From Cyanophora paradoxa CCMP329 (Eukaryota; Plantae; Glaucophyta), in the NCBI GenBank assembly GCA_004431415.1, contig QPMI01000416.1, positions 186,001-250,000 on the forward strand: a stretch of DNA of 64,000 nucleotides, read 5' to 3'. Shown here piece by piece: positions 52,101 to 62,000 of this stretch (its first letter is position 1; the number at the start of each line of letters is the position of its first letter). A model generated the notes under the pieces. The model was not told where the DNA came from, did no database searches, and saw only the letters and a list, made by a program, of their open reading frames with translations. The position numbers were made by a program, and so were the translations under genes.

Positions 52101-55100
52101 GAATGAGCAAGGCGGTATTCGCATCCCTATTACTGAGGTGATCCACAAGAAGACTCGTGCGCTGAAAACTGCCGATGCTGGGGAAACCGTCGAGGTGACG
52201 CTTGCTAATGTTTCTGGTCTGGTTCACAGTATTCTGATGACGGTACGTGAGGTAAATAAACTCAATACTTACACTCACTCTGACTTCTGCGGTCACGTTT
52301 CGGATGTTAAAATTGATCAGTTCCAAATCTTCCACAACAACCGTTCGCTCGATATTTCCAACAAACCAATTAGCGGTTTCCTCTCCGCTATTAATCACAT
52401 TCCTACTCATTATAAGGGTGTTACAGTTGGTAATGTCTCTTATGGATTTGAGGCTGGTAATGTTTACGGAATTGTTCTCAGCAAGAGCGGCAAGGATTCC
52501 CTACACAACTCCGTCATGGGATACCAAGATTTCTTCAACTCTTCGAGTTCGTACATGGATCTGACCGTTTCTGGTTGCACTGATGCGGCGCCGGTTCAGG
52601 TGGATATTTACGCGCTCCGTCACAATGTCATGGTTCTCAACGGCTATAACATTTCCACACTGAAAGTTTCCAACTTCTAAGCGCGGTTTCGCCCGCGCGC
52701 AACGACCGAAGGAATTAAAGTTCTTTTCTTTCTTTAAAGTAGGAAGCCTGCGAATTGCGTATAGGTTAGCGCATGATTTTGTTTTTTATCTTATTACTGT
52801 AACGGACACACAGTAATGGATGTAGATTTAAATGATATTCCGGAATTCGACCCGGTAAAAACAGCTAAACTCCCTTCGCGTTTTCTCCTTGCCGGACGCA
52901 GCAATTCTGGTAAGACAACGTATTGTAAATATCTACTTTATGAACTGCGGGATAAGATTGATCAGATTGTAGTGTTTAGTTCCACTGCGTTTACCGGTCA
53001 GTTCAGAGATATAACGCATCCTGATAATATATATGAGGAATGGGACGATAATGTAGTAGTGAAACTCATTAGTATGCAAAAGAAACGAATTGAGAACAAT
53101 GAGAAGCGCAATAGTTTAGTTATAATACTTGATGATATGATAGGTTCCTCTTTGGATATGCATAATTCCGCTGTGTTATCTAAATTAATAACAACGGCAA
53201 GACATTATTCGATTACAGTAATAATTAATACTCAACGTTTATGCTCTATTTCTACTACCATTCGTCGTAATGTGGAATTCATTGTATTTTTCAATATTCT
53301 TGGAACGAGAAAGAGTTTAACTGCGCTTACGATGAGTATAACGGAGGAATGGATAAGAAGACTTACAAGGAACTACATAGACTTTGGGGTTACAATTACC
53401 AAACAGTCATAACTGGACTGCAAGGGTATGATATAAAGACCTATACCGACCGAGCGATTTTAACAGATGATGATATGAAGGCTTTTCGCAAGTTTGTGAA
53501 GCGACGAGCGATAAAAAAGAGAGTTTCGATACGAATTAGTAACGAGCCAACAACGATAACAGTGTAGTTGGAAAGCGCTTTTTACGAGCATTCCGGCGCT
53601 TGTTTCAGATTTGAATGGCGATGATCTGGTGAAGAGTTACGATTATTTCCGTACTTCGGTTGTTCGTGTGTGTATGCTCGTATATATATACTTTTCCCGG
53701 GAATTCAAAATCATCAAATTCGACGTCATCGCGTTACCACTGAGCCAACAGTATGATGTCATTGCGTTACATCATCGCATAAACTTTTTTTGAAAGTTTT
53801 CATCAGACATCATGTCATTACATCATTGAGTTACAGGAGTTTATCGCGAACCGATAAACTCCTGTAACTTTTCACCAACTGCTCCGTTTTCAATTCTGAA
53901 AACAGATTCGGAATCGTCGCGACTCGCGACGCCCTCTATACTGTTCAAGTATAATCTAAGAAGTCGTGCATGATTTATTTTTATTAAACTTTTGGTTAAA
54001 AGTTACTGTGAATCGTGGGAGACACCGCGCGAAAAAAGACGAATTCTTACTGTGTATCGAGCGGAATCGTGCGGAATCGTGGGAGAAGAGGCGTTCTGCC
54101 GACTTAACGAAGTCACCGCGCATAAAAAGATGAATTGGGTCGAGTTAATCGATGAAGTTGTATTATATCGATTGTGAAACCGAAATTATCGATCGTGACA
54201 CTGAGCCTTACGGTGATTTTCGATTAGATTCGATGCTGTTACGGTGAATCGTAAGGATCCGCGGATTTAATTGTTGGAGACACCGCGCCAAGCTGAGCTT
54301 TCGCTTGCTGCATTCTTTAATGTGCTTTTAACAGACACTCAATTACTAGCTTATTTACGTCTTGCAGCCCCCGTACTCACTCGAGCGGTCTTCAATGCAA
54401 ATGCGTCTAACAGCACCAGCCCTCCGCAATTCAAGCGGGAGAGCTTCCCAACGCCTGGAATTCGGATCACTGTCTTCGGGGCGTTTCTGGTAGCTGACGG
54501 CGAACCCCTTTCGGTACGCGTTTGCAACGAGACCGCAAAGGTTCTCGACAGCATCTCGATTGCGACCGAGGCCACGGTCAACGCAACGGGGCCTTCTTCG
54601 ACATGTGCGGCTGAATTTGCAGCTGGGAAATACTGTTGCGACATTGTTACCGAGTCTGCGGGGAATGGTATCGCATCTCTCACGAACGCATACTGTTGCA
54701 TGGCCAGGCCGAGCCCGTCGCCCAGTCCCAGCCCTTCGCCCAGCCCCAGCCCATCCCCCAGCCCTAGCCCGTCGCCCAGCCCCAGCCCGTCGCCCAGTCC
54801 CAGCCCGAGCCCGTCGCCAAGCCCGAGCCCGTCGCCCAGCCCGAGCCCGTCGCCCAGCCCGAGCCCGAGCCCGTCGCCCAGCCCTAGCCCGTCGCCCAGA
54901 CCGACCCCTTCGTCAAGCCCGAACCTGTCACCCAGTCCGTGCGAGTACCTCACAGAGAGTACAGGGGACTACACGTGGGTACCGCCCGCGTACTATCAGG
55001 ACCTGTGCAAGGTCATCTGTGGAGGGGAAGGGCAAACCGTTCACGTCGCCTTCCCCTACTTCAGTACAGTGTACAACGACCCCGACCGGGTGTACGTTTA

Positions 55101-57831
55101 CACCGGAGCCACGAAGACGTCGGCTAATCTGCTGCGCACTCTGTGGGGCGAGTACACAGAGGGTACGTTGCACATTTCTGCGGGTCGCTGCGCGCTTGTT
55201 CATTTCTACACGACTCGAACCTCCGCACCCCTCTCAACCACAAAGGCGACGCTCCGCTGGCTGATCACAGGTCGGCGCACCCTTTCGCCACGTAACAGCT
55301 TTGAATGGCTGATCGTGACGGTTTGCTATTGGTTATTGTGATTATCAGGGCACAATAAGTGCACTGGAGTTGACACAACACCCAACTGCCCGTCCGGATT
55401 GACAGGCAAGATCAACGGCAGCGTGAACCCGTCGTCCTTCACCTATCTTCCGACCCTCACCATCCCACCCGGTGATTTTGCACGTGATGCATTACTTTGA
55501 TTAGAGAAATACAGGACAAGCGAGCGATCTCGTGCAGGCTGTTCGGCAACCTACACGGCACTGTGCTTGAACGAGTATCCGGACTACACAAACGAGTACA
55601 TCCACTTCTACACAAGGCGCGTGAGAAAAAGCGATGATCAGCTCTCGATATACTGTGCGTTGTATGTATTTATTCCTCGGCCAGATTGAACGGGGTTGCG
55701 CTGCCGGGAACAAGGTCAGCGATTGCAAACAGATGGTCTTTCAAACAAATCCTCTAATTATATATTATCTCTGCGCCAGTGTCTCCGGGCAGACTCAACG
55801 AAAAGCATACTGCCCTACAACGACGGCCGATCTGGATTTCTCGACCCATTCTGTGTCGGCGTGCTCGGATTGCTTCCCAGCGCAGGTCTCAGCGATGATG
55901 GCCAACCCTTACGCAACGCCCGGCCGTTCCTACAACTGGCAAGTCAGCTCGACCATGATCTCATGCGGCTCCACCGCGAAGTGCTGTGCGCAGCGGGCTT
56001 TCAACGGCTCTTGAACTTCCGCTAGACCCTTCAGCTCACATGAATTCCGTCCGTTTCCCGCAGCGTGGGTGCCGAAAATCTTTCCGGTCGTCCCGGGCCC
56101 ATCGGAGTGCATTGTGGGCCAGTCGTGCACCATATCGTACACGTGGCAGGGCACAATCCCGACGATGACTGTCGCGCTGAAGAGCGTCAATGTTTCCGAC
56201 ATCGACGTTCTCCTCATTGCGACGGATGCAATTCCGGGTTCTTACTTCAATGGCAGCTACACTTGGACGGTGATTCGCCTGCTGCGCTTTAATTGCGGCT
56301 TTTTTTTTATCTTATTTGCCTCTTTCTGTTTTGGCAGCCGCCCCCGTCCTTGCAGCCAGGGTGCTACTGGATTGCTCTAAGCAGCACAGGATGCCCGGAG
56401 ACGCAAGCTACAACCGGGCCCGTCCTGATATCCGCAACATCCGGATCGATGCCGCCATGCCCGACACCCAGCCCTTCGCTGTTGCGGCCAGAGACAATGA
56501 CGCCGAGCCCAAGCCCAAGTCCGAGTCCGAGCCCGTCGCCAAGCCCATCGCCGACTGGTAGCCCGAGCCCAAGCCCGTCGCCGACTGCAAGCCCGAGCCC
56601 GAGCCCGTCGCTCAGCCCATCGCCGAGCGGGACGCCGAGCCCGAGCCCGTCGCCCAGAGTACGGCCTCAGACAAACGAGACTCTGAGCACGGCGCCCTGT
56701 TCGTTCATGCTCAGCGATCCTCCTACAGCAATTGCAACTCCGATGCCTGTTCCCTTCAAGGCCTACGTGACGAATCATGCTGCGACCGTCGGTGGGACTG
56801 AAAGAGGCAGCGTGTTTTCAACCATCAACGACGCTCTCTTCGTTGGTAGGCAGATGTTGATCCTCGTTTCGCCGTGGCGCATTTACTTTGTGCGGCTGAG
56901 CCTCTTTGCTCGCAAGGTTACGAAGGGAACTTTGATCGCTTTGGCAACAACGCATCGAGTCTTGTTTCGAATTCGTTTACGTCTCTATGCAACTGGTAGC
57001 TCTAGCTTTCTATCTCGCTGCAGAACTTTGCAAAATGCATGTCTGGTCTCATCAAATATTAAATGAATACCGACAGGGGACGCTACGTCACGCTAATGGA
57101 GGATCCAGTCACGAAGATCGTGTACGGCTTCACAACCTACTACGATAGATATGGGACGTTCAACGGGATCGCCATTCTCCGATGGAGTGAGTGGCGAGGG
57201 GTTTCGAAAACTGATCGCGATGGTTAAATTCGGAGATAACGACCGGATGTCTGTTCGCATCACCGTTAATGTGTTTGCGGCGCTTGCAGACGGGTCGACG
57301 TCAGTGCCTTGCCAGACTATTGCTTTTATGCCGTCGGATGTCTCTGTCATTTTTCCACTTGTCGTTCTCTCTGAGCAAAAGGTATATATGCATTTGCATG
57401 AAAGACTTCTTTGCGACCTTTTGACGTCTGAGCGCAATGCTCTCCAGATCTGGATTGCGTTTGGATACAGACGAGACATACAAGAAATGACCAACGGGCT
57501 CGTCGTGTTCGATCTGGTGTCGCTCTCGTGGTCGACTCGCATCCCAAGGAGCAGCTTCCTCACGACAGGACCCAAAGAGCAATATTACACCAACGGCTTC
57601 GGTTGGCGTTACAAAGCGATCAAGACATACAGCGGGCCTTTCAGTGCGCGACAGCAAGCTTCCGGAGCGGTATCCAACGGCCGGCTGTACGTCTACGGAG
57701 GGGGGCGTCCGTACACCGAACTGTATTATGATAGTGCGGGGTCGTCGAAAAAAAATCCACTTTGTGCCCACTCTACGGGACTGGGCCTCTTCGCCGTCAT
57801 CCGCCACCCCATCCCCTCGTCATCACGTTAG
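37192..57831 (+). CDS. Very large multi-exon cell-surface/secreted protein (CUB, Cys-rich, IPT/TIG-like, Ser-Pro repeats, Kelch-like), interrupted by viral elements
   Basis: Clear CUB domain at 40197-40580 (YAPSMRSCW...MSLGFSSFATESGYDILTVYDG...LLLKFSSD). CUB-like module duplicated at 40700-42130 and 54939-56405. IPT-like SVTPRYWRASGSQTVTVNGTNL. (SP)n tracts. Kelch-like GAVSNGRLYVYGG at about 57670. Could be more than one gene. Confidence 0.6.
43422..43774 (+). repeat. Left terminal inverted repeat of element 1
   Basis: Reverse complement of 53947-54299; one mismatch seen by eye (GAATGCC vs GAACGCC). Confidence 0.97.
43748..44800 (-). CDS. Retroviral-like (rve) integrase, DD38D triad
   Basis: SFQVDIM, FVDILSRKAFVYP, LSGDNEF, GIIDRFTRTFK, YNNSPHSAL, SH3-like VKPGDTVRV...FEK...FSQKVYKV, terminal YNLRS. 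Confidence 0.93.
   Translation of the reverse strand: MDNVLSYKKYRQKLINDKVNFDEEELKKRFLNSEVHQIFKKPKKPKSFLRIVAKPRSFQVDIMYFKGFQTANNGIFKMISFVDILSRKAFVYPFKTNENIPSILNRFKQDAGKVAALSGDNEFSSAMYRNWCGEHGVRLYTDVAKDEHITVGDKLGIIDRFTRTFKQYLRKAMTSNGTSKWIDLVTEVLAIYNNSPHSALKNDSPNTVYSNEDKQLYIYLRDTVHNNNVKGNERVDVKPGDTVRVLEGKKSAFEKEGARFSQKVYKVGRSDGNRFKVLEDMDGDEKEVKRRFKKQELQKVKVNEVIKIPSQKRITRVKKTNTVNQRLKKEGIKPNRSNVVRRKYNLRSRA
44800..48884 (-). CDS. Divergent family B DNA polymerase - SF1 helicase - HNH fusion (ORFs 45723-48884 and 44800-45726, split by one frameshift at about 45785-45840)
   Basis: PolB motif A (EHDMCKAYP), B (KQMLVANIGQIGK) and C (VNTDCVY); Walker A GVVPGVGKT; Walker B IVIDE; motif III ATGDPHQNPP in the -1 frame running into MTVDQ; motifs V/VI YAYTCHVIQGDT and YTAITR; C-terminal CLRC...SIDRINNALPHTTKNC...CN. 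Confidence 0.85.
48895..48930 (-). promoter_or_regulatory. Putative viral promoter YTTAAAG...TATA (also at 49414-49420, 63228-63234, 63835-63841)
   Basis: The same motif lies about 35-100 nt upstream of four non-structural viral ORFs, on their coding strand. Confidence 0.5.
49122..49376 (-). CDS. Small basic viral protein, putative DNA-binding
   Basis: 84 aa with ATG, K/R/Y-rich helix (SKAQKRAIYRYRKTEKGREY), preceded by the TTAAAG...TATA motif. Confidence 0.65.
   Translation of the reverse strand: MPISKAQKRAIYRYRKTEKGREYLKKYSTKLSKQMTEIYNSDECYRAMKIMESSQRQYTANAVCYIKYLYGVPYSNRGRPSIYF
49702..50466 (-). CDS. Lys-rich hypothetical viral protein
   Basis: About 254-aa open frame from ATG (MPRKTQPK) directly downstream of the penton gene. 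No recognised domain. Confidence 0.65.
   Translation of the reverse strand: MPRKTQPKNFLAKPAVEADVGDGEMKGRNWYKKSKGVAAYGNGDIDRDVHKDRNQYTQASTKDVHDDNALVNQVPLNRMPGAKRGIKKGQFKSSTTEKVATSSTLLKLLDGGERLYSTYSEKDHRNRYFIRAVTGGLKTITYQHAKSLIEGIADETQKEKKIKEQPITKEKVEKKPEVTFDVLPDPIKVVKESPTELIAKTIDYQESNKTDLPVLNKSILRVATSQSDPLNSIPNAAPMVSGFAKLGIRPGYRR
50499..51401 (-). CDS. Minor capsid protein (penton)
   Basis: N-terminal YINIDSRDRD...PTNFTYKLP and C-terminal LKVRLTYWNG...DWSMTLEL, typical of PLV/NCLDV single jelly-roll pentons. Adjacent to the MCP. Confidence 0.8.
   Translation of the reverse strand: MTRHYINIDSRDRDDGTPTNFTYKLPHAIQKVKACRVTNFEMFNNIYNLSENGTLITSTYDAANVIKTRSNIITKGTYTTDSLVNLLNAKLASQSYGAVGTTYTRHFHVTYDPVTISLRFMSDAVFNLRFGSRILANFLGFPDLTPASSENGYASAPLDAPVEIGSITYNHYVDSVIPLDLLFNSYILLHVDPFKGNYVSKNTSDDKALAKIEIDQTVGSLLKYDSANNSMILHEQNGEVEVETLKVRLTYWNGVETDITTDWSMTLELITQDDKDLTKKALKNVIKELEGVYLPFSRNM
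51454..52680 (+). CDS. Major capsid protein (double jelly-roll)
   Basis: 408 aa, beta-rich. FG...YFDLPR..LLSGVSLYF, FINEIRF, IPAQFW...FPLCVL...IEVDF, SLICQFVNI and DIYALRHNVMVLNG echo DJR MCP motifs. Lies between penton and ATPase. Confidence 0.85.
   Translation: MALTGTTLKELLVTPGSDQIYLSPGLQIGTNPKYKPFLEQVRPRGNTFGFKTTAYFDLPRKQLLSGVSLYFKVTTGGGVACTLPNGGASFINEIRFVHGGFKYIIPGDWITVNALVDTDHSTMGSLHASLGFFKEIERDSTNESMEYIVRIPAQFWDDAYFPLCVLADMPTIEVDFRDVGIVEVPAGGSVSIADCSLICQFVNIASAEAETLLKTANEQGGIRIPITEVIHKKTRALKTADAGETVEVTLANVSGLVHSILMTVREVNKLNTYTHSDFCGHVSDVKIDQFQIFHNNRSLDISNKPISGFLSAINHIPTHYKGVTVGNVSYGFEAGNVYGIVLSKSGKDSLHNSVMGYQDFFNSSSSYMDLTVSGCTDAAPVQVDIYALRHNVMVLNGYNISTLKVSNF
52816..53567 (+). CDS. A32/FtsK-like genome packaging ATPase (frameshift near 53285-53305)
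   Basis: Walker A AGRSNSGKT, Walker B VIILDD, ARHYSITVIINTQ, ISTTIRRN. The -1 frame continues NEKEFNCAYDEYNGGMDKKTYKEL to the stop at 53567. Confidence 0.9.
53829..53869. terminator. Perfect 18-bp-stem hairpin, possible 3'-end processing or origin signal
   Basis: AGTTACAGGAGTTTATCG-CGAAC-CGATAAACTCCTGTAACT between the ATPase stop and the right TIR. The hairpin is certain; its function is inferred. Confidence 0.45.
53947..54299 (-). repeat. Right terminal inverted repeat of element 1
   Basis: Reverse complement of 43422-43774. Confidence 0.97.
54708..54900 (+). repeat. Coding (Ser-Pro)n repeat; second tract at about 56500-56656
   Basis: About 31 SP dipeptides with synonymous codon variation, resembling hydroxyproline-rich glycoproteins. 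Confidence 0.9.
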
Positions 57832-58081
57832 CGGTGTCTGATTGCAACCTGACTCATAAAGAGCATTCAGGGTCATAGCTAGTCGCAAAATCGTCTGAAA
57901 AGAGATTTGGCGTGTAGTAACGAAATTTGGCGTGGGGTAACGATTTAAAAAACGAATTCCTAGATGAACCACAGCTCATAATTAATAAAATTCAAATCGT
58001 CCCTACTACGGTTTCCTTGAAGAAGCCTGGCTCATAATTAACCTTATAGCCAACGAACCGACCAATCGACCTTTCGAGTTG

Positions 58082-59013
58082 CTACTTCTGTTTCGGCGCG
58101 CTTCGCAAATTATGCTTGACGGGACCACCTAAATATTTCGGATTAAAATCGCTCGCAAGCTTCTTCAGCTCCCTCGCCTGCCGCGTCTGTCCGGCATATT
58201 TCTTAGTTTCGATCAAGCCCTCTCGCCTCAGCTTGCGCTCGACCTTCTCCTTAGTCGCTTTCTTCTCTATACGCTCGCTAGCTATAGGGACTGCGGTGCT
58301 AGCAGGCCTGATCTCCTGGGGTTTGACCCTCCGTTTAATCTCGACTCCGTCCTTGGTGATCAGCCTCACACGGTTCCTGTCAGCGCCGACGACCGTGTAC
58401 ACCTCCTTGCTTGGCTGAGCCGTTCCCTTTGCAAATATTGAGGGCTTCGGCTCTAAGACGCGCACCTTGGTCCCAGGCTCGAACTTAGGCGCAGCCTCGC
58501 GCTCGATTTGATTTTGCTTCTGAATTAATTCGTGCAGCTGCTGTCCTACCGCAGGACGCTCATGCACCCACAAGGGAGATACCTCACCACCGAAGGCAGA
58601 GTGCTTTGTTCCGTTATAGGCCTTCACTAGCATTGGGATCCGGCTCAGGAAGAAGGGAGAGCCCGAGCCTCGGAATCCTTTCGAATCAGAGCCCTCAGAG
58701 TCCGAGCGAAGCGATCAATAATCCCGAGCTTATCACCCTTCGTAATATGATCGTCCTTTGCGATGTCAGTGTGCATACTCAGATTATTGGAAGCAGCCAT
58801 GTCCCTTATCGCTTTCGTATTAAAGCCAGCATCAGCCGCAAAGCCCCATATCCCATCTAAGCTAGCAATGAATTTCGGTAGCTGTGAGAACGTCTCCAGT
58901 TTTCTGACGACAGCAAAGCGCGAGGCAATTTCAATCGCAGCGAAGAGCCTGTACTTTCCAATGAAAAGTACGTCGACTTGATATGCGCCAGGCGGGGCTG
59001 AGATTTGATACAT
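58082..59013 (-). CDS. rve integrase, DD38D triad (frameshift at about 58662)
   Basis: AYQVDVL, IEIASRF, FAADAGF, GDKLGIIDRFARTLR, then -1 frame PFFLSRIPMLVKAYNGTKHSAF, FEPGTKVRV, HNLRS. Confidence 0.88.
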
Positions 59014-59020
59014 TTAATGA

Positions 59021-62000
59021 TTACGCAGCATTATTGTGCCAGTGTCCAAGCGCTCGAGTATCGACCTTGTTGTCGCACAGGAATCGCTTTGTATCGAGAG
59101 TGTGCAACGCCTGCTTAGTCGTCCTCTGTAAAATGATCTCATGTTGCTTTGATCGAAACTGATGAATGCCTTCAACAACGCATGATGCGCCCTTATCGAT
59201 GCAGTCGAAGAATTGCTGACGTCTTAGCTGCTTCATGTAATTTCTGTTTATTCCCTTGCAAACGACTTTTTCATCATCCTCGTCCTTTTCTTTTTCGCGA
59301 TCCTCTGGCAAACTATACCAGTAGCTCTTTGGTCGGTTCCCAATGAACTCCAGCATTTGCACGCCGTTCATTACATCCTTGAAAAGCCCTGGCACCTTCT
59401 TCGTCGCCTTTTTAATCCTTTTAATCTGATCGAGAGTCATCCCAGTAAACAGCGGATGATCATCTTTGTAACCGCTCACATCTAGGTGCGGCATGATCTT
59501 CCTCATATCATCGTAGATGTCATAATCTGGGTCTGATGAAGTTACCTCAAGGATCAAACTGTCAGTATCGGTGGCGAGCAGCCTCATGTTGTCTCCCCAC
59601 AACGGCTTCAGAACGGTATAGTAGAACTTGTACATGTGCAACTTGGCCAGTTCGAGAATAGCAAAGCCACCGTAAATCGGTTTGTTTAAAAGCTGGACAG
59701 TCTTTCTATTTTCAACGAAAGCAAAGTCTCCGAATTCTTCGACTCTTTTTACACGCTTTGGTTCAGCAGCAAGCTTACTCAACCTAGCGGGATCAGTAAC
59801 AAGTTCGGCCTTGATATGATTACGAACATTTTCGATATTCTTGCCGAAAACGCTGTTGCTTGCCAACTTGAAATAATCTTGCAAGAACTTGTACGAGGCC
59901 TCTGCCCGTTTTAGCGTGTTTAGATCGGTAAATGTTTTAAGCCAAGCCACTTGCTTATAGCTGACGACTCGGTGGATCTTCTTTACAACTAATCCCATTT
60001 GAACATAGAACTGGAGAACTCGTCCATCGGTAACGTAATTCTTCTTGCTTAGCAGATTCGGCACGAGCTTCTTCGTCTTCTCAACGTGAATAAGCTTTTC
60101 GTCAGCTATAACCTTCTGCTGAGCGGCGGAGAGGAGACTGGAAGATACAAGCATAGTCTCTGGGCAAGTGGGTAATCCGAAAACTTGTCGTGTAATTCAT
60201 TTGGCACTTCTAGGTCGATCTCCAATGTATAGCCACGGTCGCCATCAAAGTCAAAGCTTGCAATCTGTGATATATCGAGTGTCTCGTCTAACTTGAAATC
60301 GCCAACGGGAAGCTTTTGTGACTCTGCAAAGCAATACAGAGCATTAGCGTCGAAGTACATAAGATACGATGTAAGCTTTGTCCGATCATGATCCTTCAGA
60401 TACTTGTTGTTCGCCTTTGCATGGCGCTTTGAAATCATGGATATACCGCCTCTTATTCCATTCTCAAACATACGGTATATCGACTCCTGGCCTTCGTGCA
60501 ACAGGTCGAATTCAACCTTCGTTAGTTTAAGAGCAGTGTTCCAGAAAAACCCAGGCGACGACATGTAATAGGCAGGGTCCAGACCGTAAGTATCCATTGA
60601 TTCAGACCGATAGTTCTCGAAGATGTCGGCGAGCAAAGTGATATCGAGAGCCATATAATGGAGCATATAGTCTCGCAAAGTCATACAACCAAGCGCAGAC
60701 CATACCCTCTGTGCATGCAGATAATCATCATCAGATATCCCCTCGTTCTTGAGGCTGCTAAAAAATCGCTCCTTCACTGGCAAGCAAGTATCTTCAAGCT
60801 TTGAGTCGTCATCAACGTACTCATAAGGAAAAACACCTTTGCGAGTCATCAGTTCAAACATATGCAGCTCAGGGAAAAGCTTCCTAGTGTAAACGAATTT
60901 CGAATAATCGGGAGAACCGTCTTCATGTTTTAAGATCAGGCCTTTAGCCAGTTCTTCGAGGCTGCCCAGCATATGCTTTGAGCTGTCTCTGAATTTGTAG
61001 ATGCCGTAAGTAAGCTGGGATATCTTCTCGCTGTTCTGGAAAATGTCTCCCCAACTATCCGACAAGAGTCCTTCCGGTCGCATCGTCCACATCAGTTCCT
61101 TATGTTTTTGCTCGATCAGTTCTTTGATCGCAGCCTCGGACAGTGACGCCTGATTTTCAGCAGTGATTATCGGCTTCAAACGCTCGATCTCGTCCTTGAC
61201 GCGTTTCTTATAATCCTCAGCCGCAGCCTTTCGACGAACCATTCCTTTGATTAAAGCCATGAGTACCAGATGCGAGTCAAAGCCTGTGAGGTTATGAGCG
61301 AATATCGATACCTCAATTGACTTTGCCCTGCGACGGTTGCATCCATGACAAGCAGCGCCTAGATATTCCCCGGTATCATGGTTGTGATCAGCTTTTTTCT
61401 CCCCATTGATCTCCTCTTTGCAAAGATAACAGTGCGTTGCAGCTCTGTGGAATTCCTTATCGTCCGCAGTCATTACGATTGGCTTTTTCCGTTTCAACAG
61501 TTTCCAAAGTTTAGGCTCAATTTCATCTAGCCAACCCACGAATTCTTCGGCTAAAGCTGCTTCATCAGGACCCGATTTCTTAAACCAAAGTGGTTCACGC
61601 AATCCCTTCCCGATGATCTGGCATCCGATTGCAGCGAGCTCATTCTTTGACAAGTCTACTGTAGTTTTCTTCTTCTTCTTTTGCGAGTTCGCTTGCGTGC
61701 CGCTATCACTAATCGCTTTAAAACGAGTCTCTGTATCAAAGCTGCCAATCAAACGAGCGCGAATAGTCTTTGCGAAATCCATAAACTTCAAATTATGTTT
61801 TCCCTCCTTCGGAAGCTTATCGGCAACAAGCTCAGTTCTCTCAAGACAGCGGTCGAATTTCATGTGATTATCGTATGCAGACTCACTCGAGAATGCACGC
61901 TGACAGGCGAGGCATATCTTTTTAGCATGCTCATTGGCCGATCTCAATAACCGACTAACGTTCTTAACCCAGACGTAATGCCCGACGTGCTCCGCATTTT

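Larger units (their letters stand above)
43422..54299. mobile_element. Complete endogenous Polinton-like virus (element 1), 10,878 bp
   Basis: 353-bp TIRs, 5'-AG...CT-3' termini, 6-bp TSD TTCGCT (43416-43421, 54300-54305). AT-rich, intronless, compact. Encodes integrase, PolB-helicase, penton, MCP and ATPase. Confidence 0.96.

Noticed and set aside
54271-54367. ORF 54271-55341 as a virus-initiated fusion gene
   Set aside because: Its 5' part is TIR plus intron with a non-ATG start; the real exon begins at 54368.
57727-57885. Exact left terminus and TSD of element 2
   Set aside because: Two candidate AG starts (57733, 57877) cannot be distinguished without the right end, which is outside the window.
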